A stretch of 64,000 nucleotides of DNA. Source: an uncultured Bacillales bacterium (lineage in GTDB: Bacteria; Bacillota_I; Bacilli_A; RF39; UBA660). Shown here in pieces: positions 27,023 through 36,676 of the stretch. The stretch spans positions 38,529-102,528 of the forward strand of contig CANOBK010000007.1 of assembly GCA_947564265.1 (NCBI GenBank). The letters run 5' to 3'. Below the pieces are notes generated by a model, which worked only from the letters and a program-made list of their open reading frames with translations, was not told the DNA's origin and searched no databases. The position numbers were made by a program, and so were the translations under genes. Position 1 is the stretch's first letter, and the number at the start of each line of letters is the position of its first letter.

Positions 27023-27652
27023 GTGACAGAAAAGGTTGAAAGTACTTTAACATTTTATAAACTATGTAACAAATTAAAAGATACAATTAGAAAAGGACCT
27101 CTAATATGGAATATCAAAAGAGAAAGAATTGAAAGTGTAGCTGAACATATTTATGGAGTTCAAATGCTTGCTTTATCTATTTATTATCAATTTCAATATA
27201 AACTAGATATCAAAAAAGTAATTTATATGATTGCACTTCATGAGTTGGAAGAAATTGAAATCGGTGATTTAGCCTTCTTTGAAATAGATGATGAAGAAAA
27301 ATTAATTCAAGGAAAGAGAGCGACAGATTATATATTAAAAGATATATTAGGAAAAGAGGAAATATCTAAAATATTAGATGAATTTAATGAAAGAAAGACG
27401 GAAGAAGCAAGGTTTGCATATCATTGTGACAAATTAGAATTTGATATTCAAATAAAGCTTTATGATCAGGAAAAATGTTTTGATTTAAATCATCAAGAAG
27501 GTAATCCAATTTTAAATAATGTGGAAGTAAGAAAATACTTAGATAGTGAAAAAAATATTTCCAATGTTTTTATAGAGTTTGACCGTGCCAAATATCAAGA
27601 TGACCAGAATTTTATTCAAATTATTGATTATTTAAAGGAAAATGATATCTAA
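27023..27652 (+). CDS. HD-domain hydrolase, YfbR-like 5'-deoxynucleotidase family
   Basis: 'ESVAEHIYGVQMLA' and 'ALHELEEIEIGD' HD motifs. GTG 27023 has better SD spacing than the ORF-track GTG 27014. Confidence 0.7.
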   Translation: MTEKVESTLTFYKLCNKLKDTIRKGPLIWNIKRERIESVAEHIYGVQMLALSIYYQFQYKLDIKKVIYMIALHELEEIEIGDLAFFEIDDEEKLIQGKRATDYILKDILGKEEISKILDEFNERKTEEARFAYHCDKLEFDIQIKLYDQEKCFDLNHQEGNPILNNVEVRKYLDSEKNISNVFIEFDRAKYQDDQNFIQIIDYLKENDI

Positions 27653-27717
27653 AATAAGGAATAGGGAATATGAGATTAGAGGAATATCGGTCAAGAATTA
27701 TAAGTAGGTGAATTTTT

Positions 27718-28386
27718 ATGAATAAAATTTTAATCATAGAAGATAATGAAGAAATTAGTAGTATGTTAAATCAATTATTAACTAGTAATGATTATCAAAC
27801 AATCACTGCTTTTTCTGGAACTGAAGGATTATTATTACATTCTAAGGAGATTGATTTAATTCTTCTAGACTTAATGCTTCCTGGAAAAAATGGAGAAGAG
27901 ATTATTCGTGAATTAAAAGAAAAGCATTCTGTCCCAGTGATTGTTATGAGTGCGATTCATGATTTAGATAAAAAATTAGATTTATTTGAACTAGGTGCAG
28001 ATGATTATGTAACGAAACCGTTTCATAATGAAGAATTACTCGCAAGAATCAAAGTCCACTTAAGAAATCATAAAGAAGAAGATTCTTCTATTTTACATTA
28101 TAAGGATATTGAGTTAAATAGAAATAATTTTACAGTTTCTTGTAATCATCAAGAAATTATCTTTACGAAATGTGAATTTGAACTTTTAAAGACATTGATG
28201 GAAAATCCCAATCAGGTATTTACAAAAAGCATTTTGTTTGATCGCGTTTGGGGAGATGAAGATTCTGCTGATGATAATACATTGAATGTACATATCAGTA
28301 AAATTCGAAATAAATTAAAAGAAAAAAATCCCAATCAAGAATATATAGAAACGATTTGGAGTATTGGGTATCGAATGAAAAAGTAA
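27718..28386 (+). CDS. OmpR-family response regulator
   Basis: Receiver 'LILLDLMLPGKNG', 'DDYVTKPF'; winged-helix 'LNVHISKIRNKL...TIWSIGYRM'. Confidence 0.9.
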   Translation: MNKILIIEDNEEISSMLNQLLTSNDYQTITAFSGTEGLLLHSKEIDLILLDLMLPGKNGEEIIRELKEKHSVPVIVMSAIHDLDKKLDLFELGADDYVTKPFHNEELLARIKVHLRNHKEEDSSILHYKDIELNRNNFTVSCNHQEIIFTKCEFELLKTLMENPNQVFTKSILFDRVWGDEDSADDNTLNVHISKIRNKLKEKNPNQEYIETIWSIGYRMKK

Positions 28387-28437
28387 CATTTGATTCTACT
28401 ACTATCATGAATTAAATGTGGAAAGGAAATGAGTTAA

Positions 28438-29241
28438 ATGATGAAAAATAATCAAAAGAAAAAGTCTATTTGGGGTCCTAAGAAATTAAAAATGAATTTG
28501 GAACAAACTGTTCGAACTCTAGAAGAAAGAAATCTGTTAGCAAAAAACATTTATCCCTTAGTATTTGTTTTAAATGAGGAAGATTTAATATTATTTGAAG
28601 AAGGAATTTTCGATTTTTCTTTGAAAGAATATTATAGAAAGTTAGAACTATCAAAGAAAGACTCTTCTGTTTCTTATATTGCCTTGAACCCAGAAAAAAT
28701 AGAGCAATCCTTTTTTGATGGAACGATTTATTTAGATTCAATCAAATTATCCGATGGAACAGAAAGATTTGTTCAAAATGTATGTCATAGTGTTAATCGA
28801 ACGCTTACTTATATTGGCGTTACTTCAAAAAGAAAATTATTGGTAAGAGAGGGAGAAATAGAATTTCTTTCCTTACAAGATTTAGCAAAGCAAGCAGTAT
28901 ACGAGTATGAAAAAGAAAATAGAAAACGGAAGGTATTTTCTCAACAAGAGATTGATGAAATTCATGAAAGGGGACATTTAACACCTTTAGAAAAAGCAAA
29001 AGAATGGAGTTCTATGGGTCTTTGTGCACCTGGAGATTATGCTGGTAGTGCGAAAAATCGTTGTCATCAATTTGGAAATTGTAAAGATTGCCTAATAGAT
29101 TATGCCTACGGTCAAGATGAACATGTTTCTATTTATGATTACTTGAAAATTGTCAACATTGAAAAAGAGGAAACTGGAGATACCTTTCATTCTGAAGAAG
29201 TATCAGTAAAAAAGATTGGTACTAAGGATTATAAAAATTAA
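28438..29241 (+). CDS. Hypothetical protein with Cys-rich C-terminal segment
   Basis: No recognised domain; 'GLCAPGDYAGSAKNRCHQFGNCKDCLIDY'; sits between the response regulator and the ABC genes. Confidence 0.6.
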   Translation: MMKNNQKKKSIWGPKKLKMNLEQTVRTLEERNLLAKNIYPLVFVLNEEDLILFEEGIFDFSLKEYYRKLELSKKDSSVSYIALNPEKIEQSFFDGTIYLDSIKLSDGTERFVQNVCHSVNRTLTYIGVTSKRKLLVREGEIEFLSLQDLAKQAVYEYEKENRKRKVFSQQEIDEIHERGHLTPLEKAKEWSSMGLCAPGDYAGSAKNRCHQFGNCKDCLIDYAYGQDEHVSIYDYLKIVNIEKEETGDTFHSEEVSVKKIGTKDYKN

Positions 29242-29257
29242 GAAATATTTAAGAATT

Positions 29258-29285
29258 GTGTTAAGAGTTTTTTAACACTTTTTTT
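29258..29285 (+). terminator. Rho-independent terminator
   Basis: GTGTTAA (29258-29264) / TTAACAC (29272-29278) then TTTTTTT. Confidence 0.7.
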
Positions 29286-29316
29286 ATATACTGTTTTTTG
29301 ATAAGGAGAGAATATT

Positions 29317-30231
29317 ATGAAAGATGTTATATTAAAGACAAATAATTTAACGAAAAAATATAAAAATTTTGCTGCGCTTGATAATGTCTCTATTACCATT
29401 AGGAAGGGAGATATCTATGGTTTAATTGGGAGAAATGGTGCGGGTAAAACAACACTAATGAAACTTATCACAACCCTTACGAACCCAACGAGTGGTGAAT
29501 TTGAATTATTTGGAGAGGGGAGTAATCACTTAACAGAGAATAAGAGACGGATTGGTTGTTTAATCGAAAACCCATCCTTTTTTCCAAACTTAACTGCCTA
29601 TGAAAACTTAAAATATTATTCGATTCAAAAGGGAATTGTTGATATGACACAGATTGAGGAATCTCTTGAACTAGTAGGATTAGAAGATGTGAGAAATAAA
29701 AAATTCAAAAACTTTTCATTAGGAATGAAACAACGACTAGGAATTGCTTTTGCAATCTTAGATCATCCAGATTTTATTATTTTAGATGAACCAATTAATG
29801 GACTAGATCCTATTGGAATTAGCGATCTACGAGAGACTTTTAAAAGATTAAATGAAGAGAAAAATATTACGATTTTAATTTCGAGCCATATTCTGTCAGA
29901 ACTATATGCAGTAGCTAGTAGGTTTTGCATTTTAGAACATGGTCGTGTGGTTAAAGAATTAACCAAAGAAGAACTCGATATCGAGTGTAGTAAATGTATT
30001 GTAATTCAAACAGATGATGTTAAAAAGGCAACAACTGTATTAGAAAAAGAATTAAAGACAACGAATTATAAAGTAATCGACAAGAGGGAAATTCGATTGT
30101 ATGAGTATTTAGATCAAACTAGTAAAGTAAGTAAAGCCTTAACAAAACATGACATTGATATTTTAGGCTTATATGAAACTGGAATTACCCTTGAGGAATA
30201 CTTTAAATCTGTGGTTAAGGAGGCTAACTAA
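29317..30231 (+). CDS. ABC transporter ATP-binding protein (ABC-2 / lantibiotic- or bacitracin-protection-like)
   Basis: Walker A 'GRNGAGKTT', signature 'FSLGMKQRL', Walker B 'FIILDEPINGLD'. Confidence 0.88.
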   Translation: MKDVILKTNNLTKKYKNFAALDNVSITIRKGDIYGLIGRNGAGKTTLMKLITTLTNPTSGEFELFGEGSNHLTENKRRIGCLIENPSFFPNLTAYENLKYYSIQKGIVDMTQIEESLELVGLEDVRNKKFKNFSLGMKQRLGIAFAILDHPDFIILDEPINGLDPIGISDLRETFKRLNEEKNITILISSHILSELYAVASRFCILEHGRVVKELTKEELDIECSKCIVIQTDDVKKATTVLEKELKTTNYKVIDKREIRLYEYLDQTSKVSKALTKHDIDILGLYETGITLEEYFKSVVKEAN

Positions 30232-30232
30232 A

Positions 30233-31072
30233 ATGATTAATCTAATGAAAGCAGATCTATATCGAATTTTAAAAGGAAAAGCAATTTATGTTGTACTATT
30301 TATCATCATTGCTCTATCCCTAGTAAGTGCAATTGGACTTACTCCTGGACATGTTGGAATGACTTCTATGACAGAATCTACAATTAATATTAATGATGAA
30401 GAAATGTTAGGAATTATGGCAGAGACAAACAGTTTAAAGGATCTTAGAACTTTAATGAAATCCCATGGAGGATATGAACTAGATCAGGCCGTTCTTGGGA
30501 CTAACATGAATCTATATTACGTTTTTATTGTAATGGTTGTTATTGTCTTATGTACGGATTTTTCTAATAAGTCAATTAAAAATACATTGTCTTCTGCGAT
30601 TTCTAGAAATAAATATTATTGGTCTAAAGCAATTCTTATCTTTTTGATTTGTACATTTCTAGTTCTATTTAATAATTACTTCTTTTATTTCACGAATCTT
30701 TTAATAAATGGAAAAAATTTTGCTTCTTCACTTTCTGATATTTTTAAATCAACAATGATTCAGTTTCCATTAATTTATGGTATAATGAGTTTATTAATCT
30801 GCTTTGCGTTTTTGTTTAGGAGGACATCTAGTTTCAATACGATTGCTATTCCATTTGTTATGGTATTTCAACTTTTGATTTTAGGAGTTACGAGTCTTTT
30901 TCGAATTCGGGCAGATTGGTTTTATCAATATGAAATTCAAAATGCATTAGCAAACTTAGTGAATCACCCAACGGGAGAGTATATTTTAAATTGTGCGTTA
31001 CTTGGATTTTTCTATATCGTACTATTTAATATCATTGGATACTATGCATTTAAAAATGTTGAAATCAAATAG
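30233..31072 (+). CDS. ABC-2-type permease
   Basis: ATG 30233 is 1 nt after the ATPase stop; 'MINLMKADLYRILKGKAIYVVLFIIIAL' plus about 6 hydrophobic spans. Confidence 0.8.
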   Translation: MINLMKADLYRILKGKAIYVVLFIIIALSLVSAIGLTPGHVGMTSMTESTININDEEMLGIMAETNSLKDLRTLMKSHGGYELDQAVLGTNMNLYYVFIVMVVIVLCTDFSNKSIKNTLSSAISRNKYYWSKAILIFLICTFLVLFNNYFFYFTNLLINGKNFASSLSDIFKSTMIQFPLIYGIMSLLICFAFLFRRTSSFNTIAIPFVMVFQLLILGVTSLFRIRADWFYQYEIQNALANLVNHPTGEYILNCALLGFFYIVLFNIIGYYAFKNVEIK

Positions 31073-31087
31073 AAAGGTAAGTGAAGA

Positions 31088-31996
31088 GTGATGGGGATTG
31101 TCATATTCTTTCTCATGATGATAATTCTAGGACTCAGTGCTTATCTTTTTTCTATGAAACGAGAGTTAAAAAGAATTAAAAATTCTATTGTACAAATGAA
31201 AGGCTGTGATAGTAACGTGTTGTTACATCAAGAAATTTCTTCTAAAGAACTAAATGATTTAATCGTAGAGATTAATTTTTTATTAAAGGGAATTAAACAA
31301 AAAGAAATTTTCTTTGAGCGAAGTAATCATAATTTAAAGAAAATGATGATGAATATTTCTCATGACTTAAGGACTCCACTTACTTCTGCTTTAGGGTATA
31401 TTGAACTAATTTTAACTTCTAATTTATCCAAAGAAGAGGAAGAAAAAGAATTGAGAATTATTGAAGAGAGACTGAAACGTTTGGAAGAACTGATTTCTTC
31501 TTTCTTTGATTTTTCAAAAGTTCTATTAAAGAAAGAAGACTTAGAATTAACAATAGTCAATGTTGTAGCTGTTTTAGAATCTTCGATTGCCCATTCTTAT
31601 GAAGATTATCTAAAAGAGAATCGTAAGATTCTGTTTCAGAAAGAAGAGACAAAGATTAAGAGTTTTTCTAATTCAGAAATGTTAACTAGAATCTTTGATA
31701 ATTTAATTGGAAACGCTCTTAAGCATAGTCAAGGAAATTTAGAAATTTCTATTTCTAAAAAAGAAAGAATTCAAATAATCTTTCGAAATCAATTACATAA
31801 TTCTACGCTAGAAATCGACAAAATCTTTGATGAGTTTTATACAGAGGATGTTTCGAGAACTAAAGGAGGAACTGGTCTTGGACTTGCGATTGCAAAGGAA
31901 TTCACACAAGCTTTAGGGGGAACAATCGAAGCGAGAAAAGAGAAAAAGTATTTAAAAATAATCTTAGAACTACCCAAAGAAGAAGAATTTCGGTAA
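31088..31996 (+). CDS. Sensor histidine kinase (short, single N-terminal TM)
   Basis: H-box 'ISHDLRTPLTS', N-box 'DNLIGNALKHS', G-box 'GGTGLGLAIAKE'. Confidence 0.88.
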   Translation: MMGIVIFFLMMIILGLSAYLFSMKRELKRIKNSIVQMKGCDSNVLLHQEISSKELNDLIVEINFLLKGIKQKEIFFERSNHNLKKMMMNISHDLRTPLTSALGYIELILTSNLSKEEEEKELRIIEERLKRLEELISSFFDFSKVLLKKEDLELTIVNVVAVLESSIAHSYEDYLKENRKILFQKEETKIKSFSNSEMLTRIFDNLIGNALKHSQGNLEISISKKERIQIIFRNQLHNSTLEIDKIFDEFYTEDVSRTKGGTGLGLAIAKEFTQALGGTIEARKEKKYLKIILELPKEEEFR

Positions 31997-32021
31997 GATA
32001 TAAATAGGAGGGATGATTTCT

Positions 32022-32699
32022 ATGGCAGAGAAGAACAAGAAGAAGTATTATTTATTTGAAATGAAAGGGGCTCCCTTAAATATTATTAGTGTAATTCTAT
32101 TCTTATTTTTTCTGATTTTAACGGAGATATTAATACCTTCCTTTGAAATAGGAGGAGATTCTTTAAGTATTTCCTTTTTACTTCTTATTTTTGTATTTGT
32201 TTTTCATGAAGTTTTACATAGTATTTCTTATGTAATTTGTGGAGCAGATTTTAAGAATATTACGTATGGTGCCCATTTAGAAAAAGGGATTTTCTGTTGT
32301 CTCTGTAAACAGAATATTTCTAAGAAAAATATTTTAATTTCCTTACTAACACCTTTTGTAGTGATTGGCATACTGACTTATTTTTTAGGAATTTTGTTTT
32401 CTAATTCTGTTTTGATTTTTTTATCGATTCTTAATATTTCTGGTTGTTCAGGAGACTTAGTTATGTTTTTTGATTTATGTAGACTTTCTAATTTTGAATA
32501 CTCTGAATATGATAATCCCATGGCTTTTGGATTATATAGTGGAGATGATTTCAGTAAAAAGAAGTTGTTTGGTCTTAGATATTTAGGAAGTAAGGATCAG
32601 TTAGAAAAGACGGTTTTAAAAAAGGTAACGATTACTAAGTCTAGTGTGGTTATCCTAGTGATTTACTTTACTTTTGCGATTCTTAATATTGTAATGTGA
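32022..32699 (+). CDS. Polytopic membrane protein with HExxH motif (DUF3267-like putative zincin peptidase)
   Basis: 'FHEVLHS' in a TM context, 4-5 hydrophobic spans. ATG 32022 has better SD spacing than 32013. Confidence 0.55.
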   Translation: MAEKNKKKYYLFEMKGAPLNIISVILFLFFLILTEILIPSFEIGGDSLSISFLLLIFVFVFHEVLHSISYVICGADFKNITYGAHLEKGIFCCLCKQNISKKNILISLLTPFVVIGILTYFLGILFSNSVLIFLSILNISGCSGDLVMFFDLCRLSNFEYSEYDNPMAFGLYSGDDFSKKKLFGLRYLGSKDQLEKTVLKKVTITKSSVVILVIYFTFAILNIVM

Positions 32700-32710
32700 T
32701 GGAGATTATT

Positions 32711-32739
32711 TATTAAATCATTAGAAACTATGCTATAAT
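32711..32739 (+). promoter_or_regulatory. Putative promoter (extended -10)
   Basis: TGcTATAAT (TATAAT 32734-32739); weak -35 TATTAA. Confidence 0.4.
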
Positions 32740-32767
32740 GGAATAGAAAAGTTAATGGAGGTAACAT

Positions 32768-33526
32768 ATGCTAAAAGTAAAAAATTTGAAAAAGAAATTT
32801 ATTCGTTGGAATGAAAAAAAACAAAAGCAAGAATTTTATGCAGATAACGGAATTAGTTTTACTGCTAAGGAAGGAGAAATTGTAGGGATTCTTGGACCAA
32901 ATGGAGCGGGGAAAACCACACTACTTCGAATGATTGCAGGAATCCTTGAACCAACGGAAGGAACTATTGATTTTGATGGACTGAATTATCAAGAAAATGA
33001 AATAGAAATCAAAAAGAGTATCGCTTATTTATCAGGAAATACAAAAATCTATAATACGTTATCTACTTATGAGTTACTAACGATGTGTTGTGATTTTTAT
33101 GATGTTCCTAGTGAGGTTCGAGAAGGGAGAATTAAAGAAATTTCCAAAACCTTAGGAATGGAAGAGTTTCTTTATAATAAAATTGAACGACTTTCTACTG
33201 GACAAACACAAAAAGTCAATATCGCAAGATGTATGGTTCATGATCCTAAATACTATATCTTAGATGAAGCAACTAGCGGATTAGATATTATTTCTAGTCA
33301 GATTATTTTAGATTTTATCAAAGGGGAAAAGAAAAAAGGAAAGACAATTCTTTATTCAACCCATTATATGGAAGAAGCAGAAAATATTTGTGATAATGTC
33401 ATTATGGTAAATAAGGGAGTTGTGATTAAAGAAGGAACCCCAGAACAAATTAGAAAAACAACGAAAACAACGAATCTAAGAGATGCCTTCTTTGCTTTGA
33501 TTGGGGGTGTAAGTGATGAAGAATAA
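32768..33526 (+). CDS. ABC transporter ATP-binding protein (NatA-like)
   Basis: Walker A 'GPNGAGKTT', signature 'LSTGQTQKV', Walker B 'YYILDEATSGLD'. Confidence 0.88.
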   Translation: MLKVKNLKKKFIRWNEKKQKQEFYADNGISFTAKEGEIVGILGPNGAGKTTLLRMIAGILEPTEGTIDFDGLNYQENEIEIKKSIAYLSGNTKIYNTLSTYELLTMCCDFYDVPSEVREGRIKEISKTLGMEEFLYNKIERLSTGQTQKVNIARCMVHDPKYYILDEATSGLDIISSQIILDFIKGEKKKGKTILYSTHYMEEAENICDNVIMVNKGVVIKEGTPEQIRKTTKTTNLRDAFFALIGGVSDEE

Positions 33527-34664
33527 AATTTTTCATATGCTAAAAAAAGAAATCAGGGAAATGTTTCGAGATAAAAAATCATTATCGATGATGCTAGTTG
33601 TTCCGATTATGATTCCACTTTTGGTAATTGGAATGAGTGCTCTTTTTGAAATGCAAATGAACAAACCAGTAACCGACTATAATCGAATTGGTTTTGCTTA
33701 TGATTTAGGAGAAGTGGAAGAAAACCTTGCAAAGGAATTTGAAATAGATATCACTACAGGGGATGAAGAAGAAATTGAATCAATGTATCAAGATGGACTC
33801 CTTGACTTATATGTTACCAAGGAAAGTCAAGAATATACGATTCATGGGGATGATAATGACACAACCTCTTATGCCTCTTCCTTAGTAGAAAGCTACTTTA
33901 GTGCTTATAAAGAGTATTTACAGGGAGAGTATTTAGGAGACTATGAGATTGACCCTCAAGAAGTAATCAGTATTATTCAGGTAAATAAAGATATTGTAGA
34001 AAAAGAAAATTATTTTGCGAGCTACATTACCAATTATGCATTTTTATTCATTTTAATGGCAATTACTGTTTCAGCGACTTATCCATCGACGGATGCGACA
34101 GCTGGTGAAAAAGAACGTGGAACGTTGGAAACTTTACTTACTTTTCCAATTCGAAGTAAAGATATCATTCTTGGAAAATTCTTAAGTGTTAGTCTTTCTT
34201 CTGTAATTACTGGGATTATCAGTTTAATTTTAATGGTTATTTCTTTAGTAATTGCAGGTAACATGTTTGAAATTTATAAAGGAGTAGAAATGATGCTTCC
34301 TGTTAGCAGTTTAATTTTCTCAGGAATTGTTATTATCGCATATTCTCTTCTAATCAGTGGATTATGTATTGCAGTCGCTAGTAAATCAAAGACCTTTAAA
34401 GAAGCACAAAGTGCCCTAACACCACTTACCTTCATTTCTTTCTTTCCAGGAATGATTGCCTTTATGATTAACGTAGAAAGTAGTGCCTTACTTTCTTTAG
34501 TACCATTCTTGAATTTCTCTTTATTATTTACGGATATCACGAATGGAACAGTTAACTATATTAATATCTTCTTAATGTTGTTATCTACTATTGTCGTGAT
34601 TGGAATTGTATTGGGAATCATTATTAAGCAATATAAATCAGAAAAGGTTTTATTTTCAGAATAG
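33513..34664 (+). CDS. ABC-2 permease (NatB-like)
   Basis: Overlaps the upstream stop by 14 nt; N-terminal TM, large loop, then 5 C-terminal TM spans. Confidence 0.8.
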   Translation: MMKNKIFHMLKKEIREMFRDKKSLSMMLVVPIMIPLLVIGMSALFEMQMNKPVTDYNRIGFAYDLGEVEENLAKEFEIDITTGDEEEIESMYQDGLLDLYVTKESQEYTIHGDDNDTTSYASSLVESYFSAYKEYLQGEYLGDYEIDPQEVISIIQVNKDIVEKENYFASYITNYAFLFILMAITVSATYPSTDATAGEKERGTLETLLTFPIRSKDIILGKFLSVSLSSVITGIISLILMVISLVIAGNMFEIYKGVEMMLPVSSLIFSGIVIIAYSLLISGLCIAVASKSKTFKEAQSALTPLTFISFFPGMIAFMINVESSALLSLVPFLNFSLLFTDITNGTVNYINIFLMLLSTIVVIGIVLGIIIKQYKSEKVLFSE

Positions 34665-34743
34665 AAGTTAAAAAAGTATGTTGGATTAAATTTCTTCCAG
34701 AATACTTTTTTTATGTTATAATAATTGGAAAAGGAGAACAACT

Positions 34744-35970
34744 ATGGAGAAGGAAAAAGTAGTCCCATTACTTAAAAATGTATTTCCTCTAAACCAGGAA
34801 AGATTTCTAGTATTAAAAGAGGAGTCAGAGCAGCTTCTTCTTTATGATGAGATCAATCAAATCTATTTTGATATCAAACCCACGAATCAAGTGAGCAACT
34901 TTGTAACAAGTGACCTTTTTGGATTTCATATTGAATTAACTTATGAGAAAACGAATGGACTGAGTCGACAGATTGAAATGTTAGATACAGGAAAAATATT
35001 ATTGGATGAAATTCGTTTGGTGGAGGGAGAATACACAGCAACTTTTACTTCGAGTGAAAAATTAGTATCCTTTGAATTAGGTGAAGAGGAATTATTAGAA
35101 AAAGTAGTTTTTACTGGCTCTAATGAAATCACTCGGGTAGGAAATTACTATTTAGTAACTATTCCGAATCAGACTTACTTTGATATTTCTTTAAGAAAAG
35201 GAGAAGCAGAGATTTATACAGAACACCATGCTAAAAAATTAGATCAAGCGCTTGAATGTAATAGGATTAGAATAGCACAAGGTAAAAATAATAGAAATCA
35301 TATCGATACTACGACAGCAACAGAAGGAACTTGTAAGATTTATCGGATGACTTATATGGGAGAAGATGAACCAAATTATAGTAGTTATTTTATCTCTTCT
35401 GTTTCAGACGATTTAAATAGATTTAGTGAATGGGCACCATATCAATTTTCTAGTATAGATAATCCTTATCAAATTCTTCTTAGAGACGCAGAAACGAAAA
35501 AGGAAGAGATTATTTCCTATTTGACTTTTATGAAATGGAATCCAGACCATCTTCGATTAACGATTTTGAAAATGAAGGATGAATTTGAAATCTTTATTCT
35601 GGGTAGTGGAACGTATCATTGCACGAAACTTCCAGTTTTACATTCTAATTTGATTGATAGTGATGAACTTAAAATCCTTTGGGAATATTTAGAAACAGTG
35701 ATTACGGATTCTTCTTTTTTAGAAATCCTAAGTCAAGAATTGATTCATTTTTCCGATATCTTAAGACAAGAGTCGAAAGAAGATGTTTTAGATACCTTTT
35801 CGACAGAGAGTTTATTTAATCAAGGAATGGAAGAAACCAAAAGAATGATTTGTTCTAATCAAAATTCTGTAATAGAGCAGCTTTTAAAGAAAAGAAATTC
35901 TTTTGAATTAAACATTTCAAAAGAAAAAATAAAAGAATATAAGGATGAGATTCAAGGAGGAAAAAGATGA
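34744..35970 (+). CDS. Hypothetical cytoplasmic protein (408 aa), no recognised domain
   Basis: AAGGAG RBS; long uninterrupted ORF; its stop overlaps the SDR start (ATGA). Confidence 0.7.
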   Translation: MEKEKVVPLLKNVFPLNQERFLVLKEESEQLLLYDEINQIYFDIKPTNQVSNFVTSDLFGFHIELTYEKTNGLSRQIEMLDTGKILLDEIRLVEGEYTATFTSSEKLVSFELGEEELLEKVVFTGSNEITRVGNYYLVTIPNQTYFDISLRKGEAEIYTEHHAKKLDQALECNRIRIAQGKNNRNHIDTTTATEGTCKIYRMTYMGEDEPNYSSYFISSVSDDLNRFSEWAPYQFSSIDNPYQILLRDAETKKEEIISYLTFMKWNPDHLRLTILKMKDEFEIFILGSGTYHCTKLPVLHSNLIDSDELKILWEYLETVITDSSFLEILSQELIHFSDILRQESKEDVLDTFSTESLFNQGMEETKRMICSNQNSVIEQLLKKRNSFELNISKEKIKEYKDEIQGGKR

Positions 35971-36665
35971 AAGAAATTATAATTGTAAGTGGTGGAGCGA
36001 GTGGACTTGGTTATCACTTAGTGAAACAACTTTTAGAAAAAGGTTTTACTGTTTGTGCGATTGACTTTAATAAGAAAAAATTAGAAGAGTTAGAAAAAGA
36101 ATTTCATGAAAATTACTATTCTTTTTGTGGAGATGTATCTGATCAATTATTTGTAGAACAAACAATTTCAGAAATTTCTAAGATGGGAACGATTTCTGGA
36201 CTGATTAACAATGCAGGAGAGCCTTCTTTTAAAATGCCAAAGGACTATCAGAAGGAAGATATCACTCGTTGCTTTAAAGGATTAGAAGGAATGATTCTGT
36301 TAACTTCGAGAGTTTTACAAGCAACTTCTGAATCCAATGTAAAAATTATCAATGTTATGTCTTCTGCTGCTCTTAGAGGAAATCAACAAGAAAGTGTTTA
36401 TTGTGCAACAAAATGGGGTGAACGTGGCTATACAGAGAGTTTAAAAGTGGCTTATAAAGGAACGAGTGTCAAAGTAATTGGAGTTTATCCTGGAGGAATG
36501 GATACTGATTTTTATCAGAATAGTAGGGATTATGTATCATTAGAAAAACAACATACATTTATGAATCCAAAAGATGTCGCAGAGATTATGATTACTAATA
36601 TTTTTAATGATTTGAATTTAACAGTCAGTGATTTAATGATTGAACGGAATCCTAAGAAAGATTAG
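35967..36665 (+). CDS. SDR-family oxidoreductase
   Basis: 'IIVSGGASGLGYHL', 'NNAG', YxxxK as 'YCATK'. Confidence 0.85.
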   Translation: MKEIIIVSGGASGLGYHLVKQLLEKGFTVCAIDFNKKKLEELEKEFHENYYSFCGDVSDQLFVEQTISEISKMGTISGLINNAGEPSFKMPKDYQKEDITRCFKGLEGMILLTSRVLQATSESNVKIINVMSSAALRGNQQESVYCATKWGERGYTESLKVAYKGTSVKVIGVYPGGMDTDFYQNSRDYVSLEKQHTFMNPKDVAEIMITNIFNDLNLTVSDLMIERNPKKD

Positions 36666-36676
36666 AGGTAGAAAAT

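Noticed and set aside
27718-34664. Possible lantibiotic or bacteriocin biosynthetic cluster next to the ABC/TCS modules
   Set aside because: No precursor peptide, LanB/C/M, radical-SAM or peptidase-containing exporter was seen. Only sensing and immunity-type components are present.
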